Part shown: positions 27,882 through 36,448 of the stretch, piece by piece
Numbering within the stretch: position 1 is the first letter of the stretch
Layout: each line of letters begins with the position of its first letter
NCBI GenBank assembly: GCA_963767925.1
Contig: CAVYGB010000006.1
Span: 128,001-192,000 of the forward strand
DNA from: an uncultured delta proteobacterium
Lineage (GTDB): Bacteria; Myxococcota_A; Polyangia; Fen-1088
DNA: 64,000 nucleotides
Direction: 5' to 3'
Position numbers and translations under genes: made by a program
The notes under the pieces: generated by a model
The model's database searches: none
Seen by the model: only the letters and a program-made list of their open reading frames with translations
Told to the model about the DNA's origin: nothing

Positions 27882-28472
27882 TTAGGGGGGGGCGGGGCGG
27901 GGGGATAGGGTTTGGCGGTAGAGGTCGCGGTAGGTGTTGTGGCAGGCGCGGCAGGTGGCGCGGAGGGAATCGAGGTTGCGGGCGCGGATGGCGGCGGTGC
28001 CGCGGGTGGTGAAATCGGACCAGTGTTCGAGGGATGGGGGGGCGTGGGCGGCGAGGCGGGTGAAGGAGCGGGCGAGGTGGGGCCAGTCGGGGAGCTGGAG
28101 GGGGGCGGAGAGCTCGCGGTCCATCCAGGCTTCGAGGGGGCAGAGGGGCTGATCTTTGCCTCCGCAGGGCGGTGCCGGGCTGGCGTCGGGGCGAGGGGGC
28201 GGCGCGACGGTCGTCGCGTCGACTGCGGCGGCGGGCTGCTGGGGCGTGTTCCAGGCTTTGCAGCTGCCGCCGGTCAGGACGGTCGCCACGGCGACGGCGA
28301 GGGGGAGCCAGACCCTGCGGCCATCTCCGGTGGGGGCGGTGGCCACGGCGACGGCGGGTGGCGAGGCCTGGCGGCCATCTCCGGTGGGGGCGGTGGCCAC
28401 GGCGAGTAGCAGGGCTTTGCGGCCACCGCCGGGGGGGGCGGGGCGGCGGGGGGTGGGCGGGGCCTCCCGCAC
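27882..28472 (-). CDS. Small c-type cytochrome-like lipoprotein (C-terminal CRACH)
   Basis: TCRACHNTYR near the C-terminus of a helical domain; start uncertain because of a 54-bp duplication at the 5' end. Confidence 0.6.
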   Translation of the reverse strand: MREAPPTPRRPAPPGGGRKALLLAVATAPTGDGRQASPPAVAVATAPTGDGRRVWLPLAVAVATVLTGGSCKAWNTPQQPAAAVDATTVAPPPRPDASPAPPCGGKDQPLCPLEAWMDRELSAPLQLPDWPHLARSFTRLAAHAPPSLEHWSDFTTRGTAAIRARNLDSLRATCRACHNTYRDLYRQTLSPRPAPP

Positions 28473-28491
28473 GGGTCGGGGGGGGGTGGGG

Positions 28492-29505
28492 CTAGGGGGT
28501 TTTTGGGGCGGGGGGCATGGTCCAGGGCTTGAGCTCGCCTTCGAAGGAGAGGGCGTCGTCGCCGACCTTGGCGAAGGCTTTGGCCAGGTCGAGCAGGGCG
28601 AGCCGCTCGCTGTCGTCGGTGAGGCCGATGGGAAAGCCGTAGTCGTTCTTGGGCGGCATGCTGTTCTTCTCGAGGTGCATGACGATGCTCTGGCGAGAGA
28701 AGAGCGCCTGATTCGGGTAGTTGAAGAACTCCAGCGAGCCGATCTTGGCGAAGTTGTCGGGCGAGTGGCAGACCAGACAGCTCGAGCTGCGCATCTCGCT
28801 CTCCAGGGCCCGGTAGGCGGCGTCGAGCTTCTGCACGTGGGGGTTGTTCTGGGAAAACAGGAAGCTGAAGAGCGTGACGTACGGCATCTCCTGCCCGTCC
28901 TTGCTCCAGCGCCACTGCCCCGACCAGGTCCGGTTGACGTAATTCCTCTGGCGCTCCTTCAGATCTTCCTCCGGCCGCAGGTTGGAGCGCAGGGCTCCGG
29001 TCAGCTTGCCCCGATCCATGATGAGGACGAGCTCGGGCGAGAGCTGCCAGGTGTCCCACTTGGGCTTGGAGTGCCACAGCGGGTAGGGATAGGCCCCGGG
29101 ATCGAGCTGGTTGCGGAAGTAATACGGCAGGTGGATGACGGTGAAGTCGCCGACCGTCTCGAGGCGGAAGTCGCCCGTGAACATGAACAAGCTGAGGTAC
29201 ATGCGCCGCCACACCAGGGCGTTGAAGCGGGTGGTGTCCGAGTCGGACAGCCGGTAGCCAGTGCCGGTTTTCTGGCCGCCCCAGGAGAAGGGCTCGGACA
29301 TGGTGTCGCGCAGGAGGGTAAAGTCGGTCAGCTTGCCCGCGCACTGCAGGCGAGCGCTCTCGTCGTTGGGCGCCGACATCGGGCAGGCGGCGATGATGCC
29401 CCGGGCGATCTCACCGGCCAGCTCCTCCTGATTCATCTCCTCGGCGGCATTGCAGCCGAGCGCGACCGCGAGCGACAGTCCCAGCGAAGCGTACTTTGCG
29501 TTCAT
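28492..29505 (-). CDS. Lipoprotein with CxxCH heme-binding motif
   Basis: Lipobox ALGC, CLVCH, later NSMPP. Confidence 0.75.
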   Translation of the reverse strand: MNAKYASLGLSLAVALGCNAAEEMNQEELAGEIARGIIAACPMSAPNDESARLQCAGKLTDFTLLRDTMSEPFSWGGQKTGTGYRLSDSDTTRFNALVWRRMYLSLFMFTGDFRLETVGDFTVIHLPYYFRNQLDPGAYPYPLWHSKPKWDTWQLSPELVLIMDRGKLTGALRSNLRPEEDLKERQRNYVNRTWSGQWRWSKDGQEMPYVTLFSFLFSQNNPHVQKLDAAYRALESEMRSSSCLVCHSPDNFAKIGSLEFFNYPNQALFSRQSIVMHLEKNSMPPKNDYGFPIGLTDDSERLALLDLAKAFAKVGDDALSFEGELKPWTMPPAPKTP

Positions 29506-29515
29506 GGTGACCCCC

Positions 29516-30288
29516 TCAGTCGACGAACAGCAGACCGTGGCTCAGCTCTTTGCTGGCGATGGGCAGCTTGCCGTCGTAGCTGCGCCCCTGGAAATCCACC
29601 GGCCACGCCTTCTCGGTGCAGCCGGCCTTCTCGAAGCGCACCCGGTAGTAGCTGCCGGGCGGCAACACCCCGAGCAGCCAGGCGGCCGGGCGGGCCCCCG
29701 CCTGGATCGTCGTGAGGGTGGAGTCGGGCGCGGCCTCGTTGGCCTTGCTGTAGAGGACCTTGCCGAGCTGAGTCGGCTCGATGACGATCTTGCCGCCGGT
29801 GGGGTCGCAGGGCCCGAGCGATCGCACCTCGACCGCCAGCAGGCCGTAGTCGCCGACGCGCGCGCCCCCCATGATGGCGCTCATCTGCTCGATGTACGTC
29901 GGCGCCACCATCATCAGCTCGAGCTCGCTCGAGGTCTGCCCTTTCGGGATCAAGAAGGCGTTGGTCCGGGTCGGGGCGAAGCCGAGGGCCATGGCCTCCG
30001 CCCGCACGCTGATGGTCGTCGCGCCCGGCACCGACAGCTCCCAGGTGCCGTCGGTGCCTGAGGTCGCCACCCGCGGCGCCTCGAGCGCCGGCGCATCCAG
30101 CACCGTCACGGTGGCGCCCGCTACCGGCTGCCGGCTGGCATCGACGACCTTTCCGCGCAGGGTCGCCATGCCGGGGTTGAGGGTCGGCGCCTTCGGTGGA
30201 TCGGAAGGGGGGCGGGGCTCTTCCACTGTTCCACAACCGATCGCCATCGACAGCAGGGCCACTAACGGGATGGACGAACCACGAGTCA
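29516..30288 (-). CDS. Lipoprotein with carboxypeptidase-regulatory-like domain
   Basis: AIGC lipobox; LRGKVVD....PVAGATVTV...TDGTWEL. Confidence 0.75.
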
Positions 30289-30600
30289 TGGGCACCCCTC
30301 GTAAGTGAAGCCTACGTAATCGTCAGAACCCGAGCGCCCTTGAGGGCGCTGAAGGCGCAGGTGTGCGTAACCTTCGCGCAGCGGGAGGCGCCTGGCGCGG
30401 CTCGCCGCTCCGATTCGCGGCAAATCCCCGAAGAAAACCGGGTGCCGGCGCGCGCGCCGGCCGCTGCCTGTGGCCCTGGCTCCCGAAAGGGCGCCGGCGG
30501 GCTCACCCCGCCGGCCCCGGCCGACCTCGACCCACAGCCCGGGTCGGGCGCTCGGGCCTCGATCGCGGCGGCAGGGCGCCCCGCTCGGGCCAGGGGCAGG

Positions 30601-31593
30601 CTACTGCGCGAGGACCTCGTCCCAGGTGGTGACCGGCCAGTCGGTGCGGAAGAGGTCGTCGACCGCCGGGCGGGCCTTGGCCCGGATGGCCTCGGCGTCC
30701 GGGTTGACCACCGTCATGCCCTCGGCCTGCAGGGTCTCGAGCAGGGTGGCCTCGCTCTCCTTCATCTTCGCCGTCCCGAAGGCCGCGGCCTCCTTCAGAG
30801 CGGCGGTGACCCGGCGGCGCTGGCGGTCGGACAGCCCCAGCCAGAAGTCCTCGTTGATGAAGAACCAGCCCACCCCCACCAGGTGGTTGGTCAGGCTGAG
30901 GTGCGACTGCACCTCGGAGAGCCGCAGCGAGGAGATCTGCGTGAGGTCGCCCTCCGAGGCGTCGACCGCGCCGGTGCGCAGCGCCTCGTACAACATCGGC
31001 AGGGGGATGGCGGTCGGCTCGGTCTCGAGCGCGGACCAGACCTTGATCCAGGTCGGCACCACCGGCAGCCGCAGCTTGAGGCCGAGCAGATCGGCGGGGC
31101 CGGTGATCGGGACCTTGGAGGTCATCTGCCGGAAGCCGCGGTAGACGGTGTCGAGGGCCAGCATGTTGCCGGCCGCGAGCACCTCGGTCCGGGCCGCGTC
31201 GCCGAGCTTGCCGCCCCAGACGCGCAGGAAGTGCTCGTGGTCCCGGATGACGTAGGGGCCGTTGAAGAAGAAATAGCGGGGCGCGAACACCTGCAGCGGG
31301 GCCCCCCCGGTGGCCTGCATGTCGACGATGCCCATCGAGGTCTGCAGGTTGATCTCGTCCTCGGTGCCGGCGGCCGGCCGCAGGTCGACCTTGATGTTGC
31401 CCTTCGACTCCTCCTCGACCAGCGCCTTGAACCGCTCGCCGGTGTCCGCGAGGATGTGGCCGGTAGGGAAGGTCATGGCCAGCCGGATCACGACGTCGCG
31501 TTCAGGCTCGCAGCCGAAGCCGCCCCCGTCGGGCGGGCTGGCGCCCATCGAGAGGATCACGGTAGCGAAGAGCGCGATTCGTCGAAGGAGCAT
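30601..31593 (-). CDS. dctP: TRAP transporter substrate-binding protein (DctP family)
   Basis: FKALVEEESKG.IKV, GFRQMTS, DL.GLKLR.P, LYEALRTGAVDASE, EVQSHLSLTNH. Confidence 0.88.
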   Translation of the reverse strand: MLLRRIALFATVILSMGASPPDGGGFGCEPERDVVIRLAMTFPTGHILADTGERFKALVEEESKGNIKVDLRPAAGTEDEINLQTSMGIVDMQATGGAPLQVFAPRYFFFNGPYVIRDHEHFLRVWGGKLGDAARTEVLAAGNMLALDTVYRGFRQMTSKVPITGPADLLGLKLRLPVVPTWIKVWSALETEPTAIPLPMLYEALRTGAVDASEGDLTQISSLRLSEVQSHLSLTNHLVGVGWFFINEDFWLGLSDRQRRRVTAALKEAAAFGTAKMKESEATLLETLQAEGMTVVNPDAEAIRAKARPAVDDLFRTDWPVTTWDEVLAQ

Positions 31594-31705
31594 CGCTGCG
31601 GCTGCCTTTCTGCGAAGGTCCGGTGGGCCCGCCCTTCAATTAGAAGCCGTGCGCGGCATGTGTCAAATTGGGGCCCTCGAAATTAGGGATCGCGAGTAGC
31701 CACCT

Positions 31706-32794
31706 GTGACATCAAACACGAGCCCGGGGAGTCGCTCTCCGTTCATGCGCCGCCTCCGCCGGCCGTCTCTCCTCGGATTTCACGTCGTCGTCGCGATGGC
31801 GTCCCTCCCCGGAGGCTGCGCCACCAGCCCACCGCCACCGGACCGGAGCGAGCCCGCGCCGTCCGAGGCCCCCTCCCGGCCCGCGCCGGCGTCCCCCCGG
31901 GCGCCGCGACCGGCCGAGCCGGCCCCGCCGGAGCCGCCGCTGCCGCCGGCGGCGCCGGTACCCCCGGAGGTCCCGCCCCCCTTACCACTGCCCGCCCTCG
32001 AGGGCGAGCCCCTGGCCTGGGTCAACCCTTCGCGCTGCCTGCAGCCGTGCACCTTCGATCCCACGCGCGCGCTCGTGCGGGTCAACGAGCGCGGCCTGCG
32101 CGACCGGCGCGGCCGGCACCGGGTCTCGGCCGAGATCGCCCCCGACCTGCGCGATCTGGTCGCGGCGGCCCGGGTGGCCGGGCACATCCTGCGCGTCGAT
32201 TCGGCGTTTCGCTCCTACGCCGCCCAGGCCAAGCTGTACGCCGCCATCCAGGAGCCGGGGCGGGCCGCCCGACCGGGGCACAGCGAGCACCAGCTCGGCA
32301 CGGCGGTCGACGTGCGCCTGCCCAGCACGGCCGCCATCACCTGGCTGGCCGAAAAGGCGCCCCGCTTCGGCTTCGTGGTCAGCTATCCACCCGGCAAGCA
32401 GAAGATCACCGGATACCGGCCCGAGCCCTGGCACGTTCGCCACGTGGGCCGCGCGGTGGCCGAGGAGGTGGCCCGCCGCGGCGGCAGCCTCGAGGAGCTG
32501 TTCCGCGCCCGCCCCGACCTCGGCACCTCGGGGAGCTGCGCCCGCTGCCCCGCGCCGGCCTCGCAGGCCACCTGCGGCGCGATCACCAGCGCGGGCCTGT
32601 GCCAGGGGACGGTCCTCACCTGGTGTTACGAGGGCGCGCTGGCCACCGTCGACTGCGCCTCGAGCAAGCAGGCCTGTGGACCGGTCGGCGACAGAGGCGC
32701 GCACGACTGCCTCGATCGGCCCATGCAGGAGGCGCCGCCGCTGGCCGAGGAGCCCGCGCCCGCCGCCGACGGCAACCGCGATCCGGCCCCCTGA
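31706..32794 (+). CDS. M15 family D-Ala-D-Ala carboxypeptidase (VanY-like) with Cys-rich C-terminus
   Basis: SAFRSYAAQ, ARPGHSEHQLGTAVD, EPWHVRHVG. Confidence 0.88.
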   Translation: MTSNTSPGSRSPFMRRLRRPSLLGFHVVVAMASLPGGCATSPPPPDRSEPAPSEAPSRPAPASPRAPRPAEPAPPEPPLPPAAPVPPEVPPPLPLPALEGEPLAWVNPSRCLQPCTFDPTRALVRVNERGLRDRRGRHRVSAEIAPDLRDLVAAARVAGHILRVDSAFRSYAAQAKLYAAIQEPGRAARPGHSEHQLGTAVDVRLPSTAAITWLAEKAPRFGFVVSYPPGKQKITGYRPEPWHVRHVGRAVAEEVARRGGSLEELFRARPDLGTSGSCARCPAPASQATCGAITSAGLCQGTVLTWCYEGALATVDCASSKQACGPVGDRGAHDCLDRPMQEAPPLAEEPAPAADGNRDPAP

Positions 32795-32857
32795 TGCGCG
32801 AGCCTTTGCTTGCGCGTGGCGGGCGGATCGCGGTAAGGCTGCGGCTCCTGAAAACCG

Positions 32858-33055
32858 AATAACGCTTCGGGTGCCCGATACCGGGCGCCAATGGGGAAGC
32901 CGGTGCGAAACCGGCGCGGTCCCGCCACTGTAAGTGGGAAGGGCCGCTCTTCACGAGCCACTCGACCCTCGACTCCCGCTGGGAGCGAGCCGGGGAAGGC
33001 GAAGAGCGGCGGAAGGTCGTCCTTCCAGCCCACGAGCCAGGAGACCCGCCCGGAG
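32858..33055 (+). promoter_or_regulatory. Cobalamin riboswitch
   Basis: GGTGC..ATGGGGAAGCCGGTGCGAAACCGGCGCGGTCCCGCCACTGTAA..GCCACT..GGGAAGG..GAGCCAGGAGACCCGCC, upstream of the btu/cbi genes. Confidence 0.95.
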
Positions 33056-33103
33056 CGAAACAAGGCACTGGCTCCGGCGGCAGACCGGAGGAAGGAATCC
33101 GAC

Positions 33104-34345
33104 ATGACGAGCACCCGTGCGCACGATCCCGCCCGAATCTCAGGCCACCGCCGAGACGGGGCCGGGGCCCTGACGAGCCTGCTGATCGCGCTGGCCCTGG
33201 CCGGTTGCGGCGAGGAAGCCGCCGCCCCCAGCGGCGGCGCCGTGACCGGCGACGCCCTGGCCGAGCGGGCGTACATCGTCAGCAAGGACCACGGTGAGCT
33301 GACCGTGATCGACCTGCGGACCATGGCCATCGCCGGGAAGGTCGACACCCTCGGCGTCGCCAACCACATGGCCGAGCTGAACGCCGACCTCAGCAAGGTG
33401 TACGTCAACTCCTCCGACACCAACGAGACCATCGTCGTCGACGCCCGCACGCTGCGCGTGCAAAAGCGGATCCTCGTCGGCGGACACCCCACCCACCTGG
33501 TGCTGACGCCCGACGGCCGTTACCTGGCCGTCATGGCCGAGGACGACAACGCCATCGTCTTCGTCGACACCAGCACGGACGAGGTGATCAAGCGCCTGCC
33601 CGGCTTCTACACGCCCCACTTCATGCGCTTCTCCGCCGACAAGCGCACCGGCTGGGTGGCCAACATCGGCGCCTCTCACGTCACGCGGGTCGAGCTCGCC
33701 AGCCTCGAGATCGTCGGGCACGTCGCCCTCGATGGCTTCGAGGGGCCGCCCAACGCCACCGAGGCCCCCGACGAGGGCGGCTTCGCCGACGCCCAGATCG
33801 ACCGCAACGGGATCCTCTACGCCGCCCACCACGCCACCGGGCGGGTGCTGGTCGTCGACACGGCCACCGGCAACAAGCGGCCCGAGCTGCGGGTCGGCAA
33901 GGGGCCCTGGGTTGTCTTCGCCGAGCACCCCTTCGCCAACCTTCCCCTGCGCCACCTGGTGCCGAACTTCGGCGACATGACGCTGTCGCTGATCGACGGC
34001 GGGGACAACCGGGTGATGAGCACCCTGCCGGGCGACGAGGAGGCCTACGGCGTGAACTTCTCGCCGCGCACGCCGGGCCGGGCCTTCGTGATGAACCGCC
34101 TGCGCAAGGACGTGGCGGTCGTCGACACGGCGGCCGGGCGGATCATGGCCCGCATCGAGGTGGGCGGAAACACCGAGACCGCCGCCACCACCGCCGACGG
34201 GCGCTACATCGTGGCCGCGGTGAGCGGGGCCGACCGGGTCGTCGTGATCGACCCCGAGACCGCCCAGGTGACGAAGGCGTTCGAGGGGGTCGGCAAGTAC
34301 CCCTGGAGCGTCACCATCCCCTTCGGGCAGAACTACTGCCACTGA
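33104..34345 (+). CDS. YncE/YVTN-type beta-propeller lipoprotein
   Basis: AAGGA RBS, lipobox LAGC, repeated blades (VG.HP..L.LTPDGRY, VVVIDP); ends GQNYCH. Confidence 0.85.
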   Translation: MTSTRAHDPARISGHRRDGAGALTSLLIALALAGCGEEAAAPSGGAVTGDALAERAYIVSKDHGELTVIDLRTMAIAGKVDTLGVANHMAELNADLSKVYVNSSDTNETIVVDARTLRVQKRILVGGHPTHLVLTPDGRYLAVMAEDDNAIVFVDTSTDEVIKRLPGFYTPHFMRFSADKRTGWVANIGASHVTRVELASLEIVGHVALDGFEGPPNATEAPDEGGFADAQIDRNGILYAAHHATGRVLVVDTATGNKRPELRVGKGPWVVFAEHPFANLPLRHLVPNFGDMTLSLIDGGDNRVMSTLPGDEEAYGVNFSPRTPGRAFVMNRLRKDVAVVDTAAGRIMARIEVGGNTETAATTADGRYIVAAVSGADRVVVIDPETAQVTKAFEGVGKYPWSVTIPFGQNYCH

Positions 34346-34352
34346 AGGTCCG

Positions 34353-35429
34353 GTGTCCGGATCGCCGATCGAAGAGGGCCGGCGGCCTGCCGGCGCCGCC
34401 TGCCTTTGCGTGGGGCGGGACCGGCGGCCCTCTGCCCGCGCGATCCGCCCCACGCGGCGGGGGCCCGAGCGCGCGCTGATCTTCCTGCTCCCGCTGCTCG
34501 CGGGGCTGGCCGGCTGCCGGGGCTCGGAGGTGGCGGCCGCGCCGTCGCCGCCATCGGGTAAAGAGGGTTTCGCCGGGCCCGCGGCCGGAGGGCCGAACCC
34601 GGCGGCGGCTGCTCGGCCGGGCGGGGCGGCCCGGGTGGTGAGCTTGCACGACGTGACCACGGAGATCGTGGTGGCCCTCGGCGCGGTGGAGCGCCTGGTG
34701 GGGGTGAGCGGGGCGGTGCAGGTGCCGCCCGAGGTGGCCCGGGCGGTGGCCGGCGTGCCCCGGGTCGATGGCGCCGAGTCGATCGTGAAGGTGCGGCCCA
34801 CGGTGGTGCTGGGCACCGACGTCGTCGCCGAGCGATCGCCCGAGCTGGTGGCCTTCCTGCGCGGCCGGGGCGTCGAGGTCTGGCTGGCCAGCCCGACTAC
34901 CCTCGACGGCGTCTTCGCGGTCGTCGCGCAGGTGGCCGCCCGGGTCGGCGCGCCCGCGCGCGGGCAGGCCCTGGTGAACGGGTTGCAGGCCCGGGTCGCG
35001 GCGGCCACCCGCCCCGGGATGGTCAGGGCCGGCGGGGAGGCGCCGGCCGGGACCGGGCCCGCGCGCCGGGCGCTGCCGGTGTTCGTCTACGACTGCTGCG
35101 ACCCGGCCTTCACCGCCGCGGGCAAGACCGTCATCAGCGACGTCATCGCGCGCGCGGGCGGCCGCAACGTCTTCGCCGACCTGGACGCCGACTGGACCAA
35201 GGTCTCCTGGGAGGCGGTCGTCGCCCGCCGCCCCGGGCTCGTCGTGATCCACGACTACGCCTACGAGGGCCAGGGCGACGTCGCCGCCAAGCGCGCCCAG
35301 CTCCGGGCGATCCGCGCGCTGGCCGGCCTGCCCGAGGTGGTGTTGCCCCTCGGCCTCTCGCTCGGCGGCATCCGCAGCGTCGAGGCCCTCGAGCGTCTGG
35401 CCCCCCTCTTCGCCCGGGCCAACCCATGA
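34353..35429 (+). CDS. btuF: Cobalamin/metal-chelate ABC substrate-binding protein (BtuF-like)
   Basis: RVVSL....TEIVVALGA..RLVGVS, AGG.NVF.D, VSWEAV. Start uncertain. Confidence 0.8.
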   Translation: MSGSPIEEGRRPAGAACLCVGRDRRPSARAIRPTRRGPERALIFLLPLLAGLAGCRGSEVAAAPSPPSGKEGFAGPAAGGPNPAAAARPGGAARVVSLHDVTTEIVVALGAVERLVGVSGAVQVPPEVARAVAGVPRVDGAESIVKVRPTVVLGTDVVAERSPELVAFLRGRGVEVWLASPTTLDGVFAVVAQVAARVGAPARGQALVNGLQARVAAATRPGMVRAGGEAPAGTGPARRALPVFVYDCCDPAFTAAGKTVISDVIARAGGRNVFADLDADWTKVSWEAVVARRPGLVVIHDYAYEGQGDVAAKRAQLRAIRALAGLPEVVLPLGLSLGGIRSVEALERLAPLFARANP

Positions 35430-36448
35430 CCGGCACAGCCCGCGCCGAGGATCGGATCGGTTTGGCGGTGGCGGGGCCGGCGCCGCGTTCGCCCGTGGCG
35501 GTGCTGCTGGCCCTGGCGCTCGTGGTGTTTTTCGCGGCGGTGGGCGGCCTGGCGGTGGGGGCCTCGGGGGTGCGCTGGGATCTGCTCTCCGCCCTGCTGG
35601 GCGGAGACGAGGTGGTGGCGACGCTGCGGGGGCCCCGGGTGCTGCTGGCGGCCCTGACCGGGGCGGAGCTGGCCCTGGCCGGCCTGGCGATGCAGGCGGT
35701 GCTGCGCAACGACCTCGCCGATCCGTACGTGCTGGGGGTGTCGGGCGGCGCCTCGTTGGCGGCGGTGGCCTCGCTGGCCCTCTGGCCGGGGTTGCCCCCG
35801 GGACCGGCGGCGGCGCTCGGGGCGGCGGCGGCGACCGGCCTGGTGCGGGGGCTGGCCGGGCCGGCGCCCGGATCGAGCCGGTTGATCCTCACCGGGGTGG
35901 CGGTGGGCTCGCTGCTGGCCAGCGTGACCGGCCTGGTGCTCGTGCTGGCCCCGGCCGAGCGGCTGCTGCGCTCGGCCTTCTTCTGGCTGTTCGGCGGCTT
36001 CGGGACCCCCGGCCTGGCGGCGGCCCTCGTGCCCGCCGTCGCGCTGGGGCTGGCGCTGGCCTGGATGCACGGCCGCGCCGAGCGCCTGGATCGGCTGGCC
36101 CTCGGCGACGACGTGGCCACCTCGCTCGGCGTCGACGTCGCCCGGTTGCGGCGGGTGGCGCTGCTGGTGGCGGTGCTGCTCACCGCGAGCGCGGTTGCGG
36201 CCGCCGGCCTGATCGGCTTCGTCGGGCTGATCGCGCCCCACGCCGCCCGCCGGCTGGTGGGCGCCAAGCACCGCCGGCTGGTCGGCGTCTCGGCGCTGCT
36301 CGGCGCCGCCCTGGTGATGCTCGCCGACACGGCCGCTCGCACGGCGTTCCAGCCCCGCGAGGTCCCGGTCGGGCTGCTGACCGCCGGGGTCGGCGGCCCG
36401 CTCTTTCTCTACCTGCTCGCGCGGAGGCAAGCGCCGTGGGCGACCTGA
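35426..36448 (+). CDS. btuC: ABC permease (BtuC/FecCD family)
   Basis: PRVLLA, MQAVLRNDLADPYVLGVSGGA, LGDDVATSLGV, IGFVGLIAPH. Confidence 0.9.
   Translation: MTGTARAEDRIGLAVAGPAPRSPVAVLLALALVVFFAAVGGLAVGASGVRWDLLSALLGGDEVVATLRGPRVLLAALTGAELALAGLAMQAVLRNDLADPYVLGVSGGASLAAVASLALWPGLPPGPAAALGAAAATGLVRGLAGPAPGSSRLILTGVAVGSLLASVTGLVLVLAPAERLLRSAFFWLFGGFGTPGLAAALVPAVALGLALAWMHGRAERLDRLALGDDVATSLGVDVARLRRVALLVAVLLTASAVAAAGLIGFVGLIAPHAARRLVGAKHRRLVGVSALLGAALVMLADTAARTAFQPREVPVGLLTAGVGGPLFLYLLARRQAPWAT

Noticed and set aside
28317..28404. 54-bp-period duplication (AVATAPTGDGR twice)
   Set aside because: Only two copies and not linked to the hairpin element; looks like an ordinary local duplication.
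32891..33103. N-terminal extension of the propeller ORF
   Set aside because: It overlaps the riboswitch; ATG 33104 has an RBS and is followed by a lipoprotein signal.
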